From: Pecten maximus
Taxonomy: Eukaryota
Direction: 5' to 3'
NCBI RefSeq assembly: GCF_902652985.1
Contig: NC_047017.1
Span: 1,612,001 to 1,676,000 of the forward strand
Length of the DNA stretch: 64,000 nt
The position numbers and the translations under genes are program-made. Shown here in pieces: positions 49,501 to 61,028 of the stretch. Positions within the stretch are counted from its first letter, which is position 1, and each line of letters opens with the position of its first letter. The notes below the pieces were generated by a model. That model was not told the DNA's origin, ran no database searches, and saw nothing but the letters and a program-made list of their open reading frames with translations.

Positions 49501-52500
49501 ATTAATGTAATCACAAACATATGATGAAGATTAATGTAACCAATTACATATGATGAAGATTAATGTAGATGTAATTGCAAACATGCAATGAAGATTAATG
49601 TAATCACAAACATATGATGAGGATTAATGTAATCACTTACAAACAAATGCTGAAGATTAATGTAATCAAAAAAATATGATGAAGATTAATGTAATCACAA
49701 ACATATGATGAAGATTAATGTAATCACTTCCAAACAAATGCTGAAGATTAATGTAATCACAAACATATGATGAGGATTAATGTAATCACACAAACATATG
49801 ATGAAGATTAATGTAATCACACAAACATATGATGAAGATTAATGTAACCACAAACATATGATGAAGATACTTACAATGTTTCGGCAGCTTCTAAGTCCTT
49901 ATATACACTGTTTGTGCTCTGGTCAGATTTATTGAACGTCCTAATTCTAGGGTAATCTCCCTTTCCTGAGAACGCTTTCATCATCCTCTCTTGATATGCG
50001 CCCTGGGCATCGTGGCGATATTGAGCTCTGGAAAATATCATCAGCTTGTTGATTATATACAGATAGTGTGTGTTTACTGTGGTTTACATTTAAAACATTT
50101 GATCAAATTGATGATAAAACCGAACCCGCTCAACACTCCGCAAAAAAAAAGTTTGATGTGATGAAATTGGTAGATAAAGAAATTTTGGACGGCTGATTTG
50201 TCCATGAGTGAGAAAAGTCTAAAATAGTTAATGACCCTTAATAAAATTTTAGGTACATAAGATAATTGAAGTTTTCAGAAATATCAGGGTCCAATCTTAC
50301 ACACTTTGTTAAAATTGTCTGCTAGTTCATATAACATTTTGTGCAATAGACATGTGTATAGTCTTTGGAAGGCAATTATTTTTCAAAGTTCCCAGTGATA
50401 CCATGAAGGCATTAAGCAATTAATACAGTATTGAGATGAGATAGGGTTGTCGTTTATCAGTTACGTAAAACTGGGGTCAGTTTTCATCCCCTTCCATCTG
50501 CCTTGTCTAGCTTAGCATGGCATGTCATGTGTGGGGCAATAGGAAAAAATATCTGGCCTATGGAAGGTTATTGTTTGGTCAGACAATCTTCTCCTAACCT
50601 GTTATGTTAAAAGGCTTTGTTTGTGAAACAATACCCTGGGTAGGTTTCAGCCAATGACATTACAGTCTAGCCATTAGATTTGTAGGAATACATGCTCAGA
50701 CCTGCCATCTTACAGCCTTTGCTTCCCACAGATATACCCGGAACAAGTTGATATGTAGGACTAAATTAGGGATATACAGATGCATTCAACAATTTTAATG
50801 TAACATGTTTTGATCTTCCACAACATTTTACATGGACAAAGGAGTAGAATTTATAAATATTAATACCAGTTATATCTGTATACATCAAATGTTTAGCTAA
50901 GTATGAAAATACACACAAATATCCATTTATAATGTGCAGAATGATATGTTTTCATTGTGTAGAATATGAAAAAAAAAACGATAGAAAAAAAAATACATTG
51001 ATGCTTTGCGATACTGGATCACGCACAATCGTAACGCATCATATAACGGTCAGGAATCACATGGTCTGAAATTGGTAAGTATCATGAACAAACAAAAAAT
51101 GGCTGATACAAGAGATGAAAGGTTAAAAGGAGGAAGGACAATGAAAATATTCATTAAATTGACATTTCATATAACAAGCATATCTTCTACTATATTGTTG
51201 ACATCCATACTTCCTGAAATGTGCTAAAAAGTTTTTTTCTTACATTCTGACTAATGTTTCGAAATTGTATTCTCTGATAATGGTGGACTGGTGTATTGTA
51301 CAGATCTATATTTTGTAGGTTTTACAATATATGCTTAGACAAAAACTATCATATGAAACCTATATATATATATACAGTAAGGCAACCAAAGGTATGGAGA
51401 CATTCATACATCAAATCTTTTTTGTTGAAATTTTCAAATTTTTTCAGAGTAATTTTTTCATGAAATTAGTAAATTTAGTACTAAAACAAAAAAAGTATTA
51501 GCATATTTACAAATCATGTTTCTATTTATTAGATAAAAGGTCAAAAATAAAGAATGCCTTCCTGTGTTCTGTTCATGAGAGATAATTCAGTTTGAAATCT
51601 AGATTTTGTATAAAAATACACTTCCACAATACGTTTAATCCTCACAAGTGATGTTGCACCAGTCCACCATTCTCAGAATTTTTTCCGATTCGAAAGTTTG
51701 GTCAGAATGTTAGAAAAAGAACACAAATTGTTCCAGGGCAAATATGGTATGGCTATGTTTAGTATAAAGTAAAACATAAGATTGCAACTATGAAATGTCT
51801 GCGTAGTGTGTATTTTAATCATTCTACCTCCTTTTGACGTTTTTATTATTGATGTCGGCCATATTATGCTCATGAAACTTATCAACGTGATTGCTGACCT
51901 CAAAATTGTAAGCAAAAATTGTGTAACGGAGGGTATATTACCCGGAACCAATACACAGCTGTTACCGTCTGCTGTGATAGTTTTGTGGGAAGCCGAGAAG
52001 ACACTTAATGCTGAATTGTGCTGTTCTGAAGGTGTCCACCACTACGGTGATGGTAAGCTATTCTGTGACAGAATATTGGAAGCCACAAGTGTAATACACA
52101 TGTATGTCAAGTGTGTAAACAAAAAAATATAAGAATAAAAATAACGATATAAAAATATTCAAGAATATAAAAATAAGATCAAAATACTTGTATATGACTG
52201 AAAGGTGATGGAATAAAATATATTATCGCATCTTGATATTAAAACATGGAATTAAAACGTATACATGTGTTATTACATCTTGATATTAAATCAAACAGAT
52301 CAGCTTTTAACAAATTGGCACTTTTAAGAGGAAAAGAAAGAATTGTTCAAAAAAAATAATATGCATAACTAGAGAAAAAGCTGCTTAAAGTGAAAAAAAA
52401 TGCTGAATGGCCAGCCAGCTGAACAGACAAGAGGACGGATGATCCACCATGGCATAAGCTTTCTTGCCCTTAGGCCAGGTGAGCTAAAAACTTGAGCAAG

Positions 52501-55500
52501 TCAAATGAAACCTTTCTTGGCTTGATTAACGTTAAAAATATAGTATTCATGATTCAGCATATTGACAATGATTTACATTAATGCATTGGTTATTTGATAA
52601 ACAACAGCCATTTGGCATTTGTGCTGTAGTAGTGCTTAAAAAAACTTAATAGCTGTACAACAAATGGAGGCAGACGGCACTGCCACAAAGTGACTATAAT
52701 AGCCATCTTTGAATCGGTGAGCTAAAATATAAATTGATGAAGGTGAAAAATTACTCCACGAAAATATTTTCATGCTAGAGGAACACGGGTCACAAATTAC
52801 CTGTGATGGTGGGCGATTTAGGATTTACCTACCCACATCAACCTCAGTATATAATCCACTGGCAAACTTGGCAAGGTAAAGCAACACTTTACATTAGAAA
52901 AGTTTAACAATATACAACTTACCAACAAAAAAGGCCAAATTCTACAATATGCTTTGGCACAAAGACATGGATTCAATTCCGGGAGAGGGCTTAATATAAG
53001 TTGGAAAACTTGTGCCCAATCCCTTTGTAACAAATTGTAAATTACAAATAAAATATGTTTAAATCAAAATGGATTCAATAATATGGAAAGTCATCATTAT
53101 CGTAAATAAATTACACATTCATTACATTGTAAAAATGTCATCATCGTCACTAACCAATAGATCCCCAGAGGGATCTTGGTATACAATTGAATGGCCTTTT
53201 TCAGTTCTAAGTAAAACCTAATTTTTCCCCACTTTACAGTGATTGGGTGGCACAGTGGTAACACACTTGCCTTTCACCTTCGCAATCAGGGTCAAATTCC
53301 CCAATCTGAAAAAGGTACGGGGTCACCTGCCTGACCATGTGGTTTTTCTCAGGTATTCCGGGATATCCTTCTACACTAAGACCCTTGCGCGCTTCCATAT
53401 TGCCAACATACATATTCAATATGAATTGATATAACTTGTTTCACAGTTGTTAAATAAATGAAGTTCACATTTACATTATGTTTTCTCAAAAAGTTTTTTT
53501 TTTTAACTCTTTACACTATCATTCATTTCCAAATTTAAATAATGCCTTTCTTCTCTTGTAATGAGAGCTTCCTTTTCCAAGAAAGGCAAAAGGCGATATA
53601 AGTACAAAATAAATAGTTGTGAAATATACGGGAGCATATTTCATAAAACATATAACTAGGGCTCTCATTGTACATTGAAAATCTGAGAATTATTGAATTC
53701 TGATTGATGACATCATTGTTGAGATTGGTGACCAGATCTTCCGACAGACTCTTGGCATAACCATAGGTACAGACAGTGCCCTTCTAGTGGCCGACTTGTT
53801 TTTGTTTTAATACAAAACTGATTATATTGAAGAGCTTATCAGAACAGGTATCATAGACCATACAGACCTTCAGTTTCACCTTTACGAATGTTTAGCCTTC
53901 AAAAACAGAAACTTCATTTATCCTTCAAAAACAGAAACTTCATTTAGCCTTCAAAAACAGAAACTTCATTTAGCCTTCAAAAACAAACTTCATTTAGCCT
54001 TCAAAAACAGAAACTTCATTTAGCCTTCAAAAACAGAAACTTCATTTAGCCTTCAAAAACAGAAACTTCATTTAGCCTTCAAAAACAGAAACTTCATTTA
54101 GCCTTCAAAAACAGAAACTTCATTGACCATGTCAATCAGACATACTCTGTCAAACTTGAAATAAGGGACACTAGAGACTCTTCAACATCAACTGCTGACC
54201 TCGATCTTTGGTTAAAACATAGTATATTGCCTTAAAATGGCAAAATAGATTAGACACAAGATCTTGAATTACAACATAATCAACAGGGACATCTTACAAC
54301 TAAGCTGTAAGGTAAGTATGATGCTATCAATTTCCCAGTGGTTAACTTTCTATTTCTAGATAGCAACATCCCAGCATTTCCTACCTACAATACGTTCAGG
54401 AGTGACCCTTCTAACTTAATTACAGAGGGGGGGGTGTTATAATTAAGGAAATTCCTTTCTATTAATAATGACTGGTCTGGATAGTTTCTGCACTACATGG
54501 TAATACGGTATGCCGTTTTACACTACACACTTACTGATTGGCTGCAATTTCCTGACGAACTTGCTCAAGTGACTCCAGGAAAAACCTTTCCAGTTCTGTT
54601 CTCTGATCCAAAATGTTTTTGGCAAGTTTTTTGATCTTATTCATCTCTTTATTTTTGAGTTCTATAACTCTCTGGAGTTTCGCAATCTCAATCTTTGCAG
54701 CCTCATTTTCAATACGGGACCTTTCCATGGCCGCCTTCTTGTCAGTTTTGAACTCTCTAGCCATGTGACTAAGTGAATGCTCCAGAGTTTGTACCTTTTC
54801 ATTGAGCTGAAAACAAAAAGAAATGCATGTCTTCAACAGTTGATATCACTACTGTAAGACAGGAGGCCCAAAGGGCCTGTATCACTCTCCTGGATATTTC
54901 AGTGACTATGGCAATACATTCTACATTTCAACAGAAAGATTTCAAAGAATTAATTTGCTTAATTTTCCCTATAGAGGTCTGCACCACAAGCCCATGGGGT
55001 CCACACAACCTTTATACAAACCTATTGGTTTCCTTTCATCCCAGGATGCTTAGACGAAATTTCAAATTTGGTCTAATTAAAAGATCAGATTTAAAGGATT
55101 TACCACCATTTTCCCTCTTTGGCCCTGACAATCCGACCCAAAGGAGCTGATGTGTCCTCCGTTTAGACAACATTGGATCTCCTTTGCTCCAGACCAAATT
55201 TTATCAAAATCTACAATGTAATTCAGAACTAGTAGCAATTTAAAGGATTTACTTCTTTTCCCCATTGGGTTCCACCCCTTTAACCCCAGGGGAGAGCCAT
55301 ACCCTGTTTATACAACAGTAGATTTCCTTAGCCAAAAAATGTTCCCGACCAAATTTCATCAAAGACCCTTCAAACGTTCTGTTGTTTTGTCTGTACAATT
55401 TACCTGTCGTATAAGCTCCTTCTGTTGTTTTGTCTGTACAACTTACCTGTCGTTTAAGCTCCTTCTGTTGTTTTGTCTATACAACTTACCTGTCGTTTAA

Positions 55501-58500
55501 GTTCCTTCTGTTGTTTTGTCTGTACAACTTACCTGTCGTTTAAGCTCCTTCTGTTGTTTTGTCTATACAACTTACCTGTCGTATAAGTTCCTTCTGTTGT
55601 TTTGTCTGTACAACTTACCTGTCGTATAAGTTCCTTCTGTTGTTTTGTCTGTACAACTTACCTGTCGTATAAGTTCCTTCTGTTGTTTTGTCTGTACAAC
55701 TTACCTGTCGTATAAGTTCCTTCTGTTGTTTTGTCTGTACAACTTACCTGTCGTATAAGTTCCTTCTGTTGTTTTGTCTGTACAACTTTTTCTTGCACGA
55801 TCATATCATTGAGTTCTTTTTCCCCTGACAGATTTTCGTTTTCATCCAATAATTTCTCTTTAGACTTCTTCAGTATTTCTCCCTCCTTCATGTGATAATT
55901 TAAGGCCTCCGACAATCTGACATTCTCCTTGTACACTGACTTTGTTGTCTCATCTAGATTCCTATAGAAATATAGAGTAATTGTTACCATGGGAACCAGT
56001 TGAAAAACAATACACATCCTTGTAATTATGAAAATTGCATTTAGGACTTTTTAATCTATTTCTATATGAAATATACGGTAACTGATATATATACAGTATT
56101 AACTGTGAAATTTTGACTATAGGAGAATCATCGCATGAGATTTAATTCCTGTGAGTTAATTTCCTGTAGGAAAACTGCCCCTTGAAATTGACCAACTTTG
56201 TTAAATATTGTTCTCGAATACATTCAATGATGACAATACTAACGTTATTGCTTCAGTATGAGCTCGCTCAGCCAATTCCGCAATCTTTTGATTTGCTTCC
56301 TGTTGAAGTCTCATCTACAATATAGCAAACAAATGAAGACTGAATATTAAATAACAGAAAGTCTTTAATGCACAAACAAGAGGCCCAGAGGGCCTGTATT
56401 GTATCACTCACCTGGATATTTCAGTGATTATGACAAAACACTCTCATTTCAAGCTATACCAAAAAATAATTTCCCAGTATGGAATCTGGCACTCGTTGCT
56501 GCTTGCCAAAGGTGCATGCTCCTGTTGTTTTCACCAGAATATTGTCAATTTTTTTTTCCTTCAAATTATGAATTATTTTCCATACTTTTGATACTCTTCA
56601 CCATTGTCTTATAAAAGTGTACAGTGTGCGTTGTCAAATAATAGGTAAAGGTGTTAAGTGTATGTAGAAGTTCCTTTTACTAGTTAGGTTTGTTGTGCCT
56701 AAAATAAAGAAATCACAAACCTTTTCTTCAAAAAATTTCTGTTCCATCCGTGACAGTGTAGATTTGTGATCTCGATTGGCATTGTACATAGATTCTTTTA
56801 TCTGAAATGTAAAACATTGAACAATATAAATCAAGTTAAGTAACAAATCATACATTTATATTAAAAATATTGTTAAAACAGAGTCAAATCGTTTGATTAT
56901 AATATAACGATAGAGATGTGACATAATAAGGTGGGTATAAGGATAATTTGTATCAACTCCTTAGAGTTCTTTTCTCATTATATAAAGGGCCATGATAGTT
57001 CAGTTGGTTAGAGCGCCAGCCATGTAAACTCAGGTGAAGGCCCCAAGTGCATTTGTTAAACGCTCTGTATACCCATGGCAGTTTATGGTTGTATCCTTGG
57101 CAAATACACTTTACCCTAATTGCTCTGGATAACATGCGACAGGCCTCTCATATGTTGTTCAGTGAGGTAGTCACCAACTACTACAAGGAGACATCGCCCT
57201 CAAAATGACCCTGGCTGTACACAGGGTGATAGTCCCAGCAAACAAACGAACAGTACGTTTTAAACAAAATATGGCAGACTCCGTGTGTGTTTTGGTGTGT
57301 TTGTATAACCTTGACCCATGACCACCAAAATATGAAGTTTGAAATATGAAGTAGTGAAATAAACTAAATCTGATACTGGTGGCCATGTTAGATATCCAAT
57401 CCAACTTAAGATGTAGCATGCACAAGTAACAGGACCCATCTATGCTGAGCATTCACAACCAGTAGAAAAATACTAGTGACAAATTTGAAATGAATTTAAA
57501 ATGAGGAAACTGAATCTTTAATGATTAGTGTGTATTAGATTTATGAATTTACTTCATCAAGATCTTTCTGCATTTGTCCTCTTTTCCGTCGAAACTCTTT
57601 GACTTGCTTGAGTTCTGTCTGCAGAAGGTCAACTTCACGACTACGCTCAGACAATCGTTCTTCCAACTCGTTAATTTGTTGACTGAAGTCCTCCACAATA
57701 TTCTCTTTGTCCTTTCGATGTTCCTTCTTCTGGTCTCGGATGGACTGCTGGAGTTTCTCCAGCTGAAACACAAAAGACATATTCTAGATAAAAAACCTAG
57801 CCACAAAACACATCTTATCAAGTGTTAATTGGGCTTGTCACAGTAGTGTCCGAAACTACATGTAACCTGCTGTAGCAAACAAAATTTAAAGAAACCATAA
57901 TTCAAGTACAATATTGTTACTTAATTCATATTACCTTTAAACACCTTTCATGAAAATTGAACATGTTTTCAAATTGGTGGCCCATTTTTTTAAATCCAGA
58001 AATGGAAGTCAAAACCCCTATATTATACCAATTTTCTGTAAAATAACATGTCTTCTAAATTTTGACCAATCAGAGGCCCCCATTTCACTACTGTGGCAAC
58101 TGAGCAAGTGAACATTTTTACAAGTACTTACAGAGTTATTTTTTTGTTCATCTTTTTTCTGTAAAAGTGTGAAGATTTCAATGGCCTCCTGTTCCGACCT
58201 TAACATGGTACTCTGGAGGCCATCGTTCTCCAACATCAACTTCTTTGCATGTTCTCTGTCAATATAAAAATAAAGTTAGCAAGGGTTCACATAGATAATT
58301 CACACTATACCCTCCCTGTAATATAGGAAATAAGTTCAGGAGCTTAGGAGATATCTTGTACCCAAGCTTTTTATCCTGAAAGTGGTCAAGTACAAATCTA
58401 TTGGAGCAACAGTGATATGTACACATTTATCGGAGGGACAGTGATATGTACATATTTATTTGAGGGACAGTGATATGGACACATTTATCTGACGGACATG

Positions 58501-60968
58501 ATATTCATAATTTAATATGAGTGATTATGAGTGAAGTGTAAATTAGGTACATATTTTACTGCTCAATATCATGTACCTGAATTTTTTAGTTAAACAATTT
58601 AACTTTTCAAAAATCAAAGTGGTAAATTTAACCTACCGGTACTCCTGCTTGGCACCTTCTGCCACCTCTAACCTGGCCTCCCATGCTTTAGAGTTGGCGA
58701 TGGCTAACTTTGCAATAGATTCATTTTTCTTTGCTCCCTTCTTTCCTTTCTTCCTGTAAGTAAGACATCATTTATAATTGTATTCTCATTATTTAGTACA
58801 CATGTGTTACTGATTTATTTATATACTCAGCAATATATTCTCCTAGCCATGTTCTGTATCATTCTAAATTAATAGCCGTCATAGTCCGACTAACAGAAAC
58901 CTGTCTAATCTGACACTTTCATGTGGGTTATAACATATTGGTCACTTTTTGCTTACTTACTTACTTACCTGTGGTACAGCAAGTAAAAAAGGAGTACGGT
59001 GATGTAGTAAATTTGGTTTCTTGTTTATTTATTTTTCTTCCATCATAATTATATACAATAGCAAATTACTTGAATATTATTATGAAGAAACAATAGATAT
59101 TTATTTTCCAACTGAAAATGAAGGCAGGGTAATTGACAGTAAAAAATAAGTTGAAAATATAAATAATTAATAATAAAATTCAACATGGTGAACTTATTTA
59201 TGTCACAAAACTACCATGTGGTAGTTATCTAAATATTTGATGACTTGATATAACTGTATTGGTACCCTTAGGTTCAACAAAGTCATGTGTGACACAAAAA
59301 TAAATGCAGTGAAAAATTGTCAAAATGAATGAGACACATAGCAAGAAAGTATATGACTAAATACTTTTGAGAAAGTTCATATAAAAACTTTGACCAAGTT
59401 GTAACTCAGTGCCATCTGTAGTGGTCCTACAGGTTAGCATATATAGAGGTTACACAACGAGTGGTTGTTGGATATGGAATTTATTTCACACGAGTAAGTT
59501 ATTTTTTAAAAGTTACAAAAGACACGAGCTTTAGCGAGTGTTTTTTGCAACTTTTAAAAAATAACTTACTCGTGTGAAATAAATTCCATATCCAACAATT
59601 TCGAGTCGTGTGACCTGTTTCTACCACAATAATATCGGCTTGAATCAAAGGGAAATGTGGCCAAGTATAATTTCGCGTATGTAAATAAAGTGTACCGGTT
59701 ACGTCCGGGACCTGGTGATGTGACGTCATTAGATTATTGATGACGTCAATAACAATTGCAGCTTGGGTCAAAGTTCATCGTGTTAGCCAATCGAAATGCG
59801 TACAGAGTTTATACCACGTGTGGTATAAACAGATTGTTAATCAACAGCTGTAATGATTAACTGATGGTCTGAGAGTTGAATAACACAGGGCATTGTGGTA
59901 GAAATATAGAATAACTAATTAGTGTTTCACGCTTACTTGTTATTGATAGATCCATGTATACATGTATGTCATTTTCATTTATGTGTTTTATGGGTATGAT
60001 ACAGCGATTGGAGGTTCACATGTCAACAAACAATACTGACGTATTGGAAAGTTAAATGTATATCAACAATTATACATGTAATTGGTATTTTAATGAATAT
60101 AAAACTAGATAGCGTAGATATGTAATCATGACACCAATTAATTTTGTAATTATCTGCAGTCTTGACCATACACCTGCATAAACACATGTGAGATTGACTG
60201 CCTTGACCTGAGGTCTGAAAAAGCCATGTGTGACACAGGTAAAAAATTGTTGTGTGTGGTACCTATTCGATGAGTAGGTAGATATATAGGAGTAATACAA
60301 TGAATACGAAGGAAGGGAAATACATAACAGCTCAAGGGATGTTCGACAAATAGCGGTTTGAGTTATCCAAGGTCTATTTACAAAGATATTTTCAGTACTT
60401 ATACGTCAGGACGCAGTCAGGATAAATTGCAAACAGTTTGACAAACAGGGGGTATTCGAGTAAGAGGAGTTTTACAGTATAGTGTATACATGTACATCAC
60501 GGTACATACGGTCACTAGTTTTGATATAATTACATGTTTCGTATGCTTCCATACACTTATCAAACATGCTCTGATCATATCTTATGCTGTGGTGAAGTGT
60601 TCCTGATGTCATACATTAGGATTTTTTACGTGTTATTTTTATTTATGTCCATTAGTACATTTCCTTACTCATTATGTATATAATATCATTCGTTTTATCC
60701 ATTAACTGTTAAACGGTAATTGTTAAATACATGTATTTTGTTGGAAAATAGGAATTGAAGCACATGTTGTCTATTTTGATATAACCGACCTTTAAATAGG
60801 CCTAAAATTTAAAACTTCTTGTATTTTGTTCAAAGGCGCTGCGCCCTTCCACGGTTTTGTCTTAATTTAATACATATACATTCAGTATATCTGGTCGTCA
60901 ATAAGCACATTTCTTACGTACCCCTTTCCTTTCTTCCCCTTCTTTCCCTTTTTGCCCTTCTTGGGCAT
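43410..60968 (-). CDS. BBOF1: Basal body-orientation factor 1 (CCDC176), complete, 11 coding exons, ~533 aa coiled-coil protein
   Basis: Exons (minus): 60922-60968, 58637-58753, 58132-58255, 57553-57762, 56721-56801, 56244-56314, 55748-55961, 54535-54806, 49875-50027, 44370-44552, 43410-43539; phases are consistent and sum to 1602 nt. Motifs MPKKGKKGK, WEARLEV, MEQKFFEEKMRLQQEA, LAERAHTEA, VYKENVRL, KLAKNILDQRTELERFFL, YPRIRTF, STNSVYKDL and VDIGDLTWEQKERILRYLFARMNG match BBOF1 as I recall it. Confidence 0.93.
43687..43769. mobile_element. piggyBac-type MITE
   Basis: TTAA|tcctttcacccct ... agggttgaaaggg|TTAA (TIR 11/13). Confidence 0.65.
44370..44552 (-). CDS. BBOF1: BBOF1 coding exon 10
   Basis: tttag|YDISGKVDIGDLTWEQKERILRYLFARMNG...SITQGD AA|gtatgt. 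Confidence 0.88.
44767..45622 (-). mobile_element. HINE, same family as 31706-32882
   Basis: aacaagaggccc..ggtcatctgact..aagacccta terminus; other end agatgacctaaa. Confidence 0.7.
47750..48092. repeat. 40-bp minisatellite, ~8.5 copies
   Basis: ggatcagacaggtgtggtattacaaaggtaaattattatg. Confidence 0.95.
48949..49868. repeat. 29-31-bp minisatellite, ~30 copies, abutting the BBOF1 exon 9 donor
   Basis: atgatgaagattaatgtaatcac(ac)aaacat. Confidence 0.95.
49875..50027 (-). CDS. BBOF1: BBOF1 coding exon 9
   Basis: tccag|AQYRHDAQGAYQERMMKAFSGKGDYPRIRTFNKSDQSTNSVYKDLEAAET TT|gtaagt. Confidence 0.92.
53237..53460 (+). mobile_element. Degenerate tRNA-derived V-like SINE
   Basis: A box tggcacagtgg, decayed B box, gtggtttttctcaggtattccgg..tcctt domain, aataaa tail. 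Confidence 0.65.
53890..54124. repeat. 26-bp minisatellite, 9 copies
   Basis: ttagccttcaaaaacagaaacttcat. Confidence 0.95.
54535..54806 (-). CDS. BBOF1: BBOF1 coding exon 8
   Basis: ttcag|LNEKVQTLEHSL...ERFFLESLEQVRQEIAAN CA|gtaagt. Confidence 0.92.
54858..55375 (-). mobile_element. HINE 3' fragment
   Basis: acaggaggcccaaagggcctgtatcactctcctgg terminus with gaccaaattt..tcaaa units. Confidence 0.65.
55377..55787. repeat. 43-bp minisatellite derived from the BBOF1 exon 7 3' end plus its splice donor, ~9.5 copies
   Basis: cttacctg at 55743, 55700, 55657, 55614, 55571, 55528, 55485, 55442 and tttacctg at ~55400. Confidence 0.97.
55748..55961 (-). CDS. BBOF1: BBOF1 coding exon 7
   Basis: tatag|NLDETTKSVYKENVRLSEAL...VQTKQQKELIRQ|gtaagt. 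Confidence 0.92.
56244..56314 (-). CDS. BBOF1: BBOF1 coding exon 6
   Basis: tgtag|MRLQQEANQKIAELAERAHTEAI AC|gttagt. Confidence 0.92.
56721..56801 (-). CDS. BBOF1: BBOF1 coding exon 5
   Basis: ttcag|IKESMYNANRDHKSTLSRMEQKFFEEK|gtttgt. Confidence 0.92.
56987..57247 (+). mobile_element. tRNA-derived CORE-like SINE
   Basis: gggccatgatagttcagttggttagagcg (A box); gtatccttggcaaatacactttacc (CORE-like); caaacaaac tail. Its 3' part recurs at ~47287-47365. Confidence 0.65.
57553..57762 (-). CDS. BBOF1: BBOF1 coding exon 4
   Basis: ttcag|LEKLQQSIRDQKK...VKEFRRKRGQMQKDLDE|gtaaat. Confidence 0.92.
58132..58255 (-). CDS. BBOF1: BBOF1 coding exon 3
   Basis: gacag|EHAKKLMLENDGLQSTMLRSEQEAIEIFTLLQKKDEQKNNS|gtaagt. 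Confidence 0.9.
58637..58753 (-). CDS. BBOF1: BBOF1 coding exon 2
   Basis: tacag|KKGKKGAKKNESIAKLAIANSKAWEARLEVAEGAKQEY CG|gtaggt. Confidence 0.9.
59443..59829. mobile_element. Double-inverted-repeat element (Crypton-like)
   Basis: ~175-bp palindrome (ttgttggatatggaatttatttcacacgagtaagttattttttaaaagtt and its complement), then tttctaccaca / tgtggtataaa enclosing agccaatc. Confidence 0.6.
60922..60968 (-). CDS. BBOF1: BBOF1 coding exon 1
   Basis: MPKKGKKGKKGKKGK GG|gtacgt, phase 2. Confidence 0.85.
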
Positions 60969-61028
60969 GATGATAATCGGATAGTCGAGTCGTAGGACTA
61001 TCGAGATATTAGGCCTACTAGTTTCTAC

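Noticed and set aside
50499-50588. Hairpin-ATAGGA-hairpin-ACA pattern resembling an H/ACA snoRNA
   Set aside because: The hairpins (30-40 nt) are too short, there are no clear pseudouridylation pockets, and it is antisense to the host intron.
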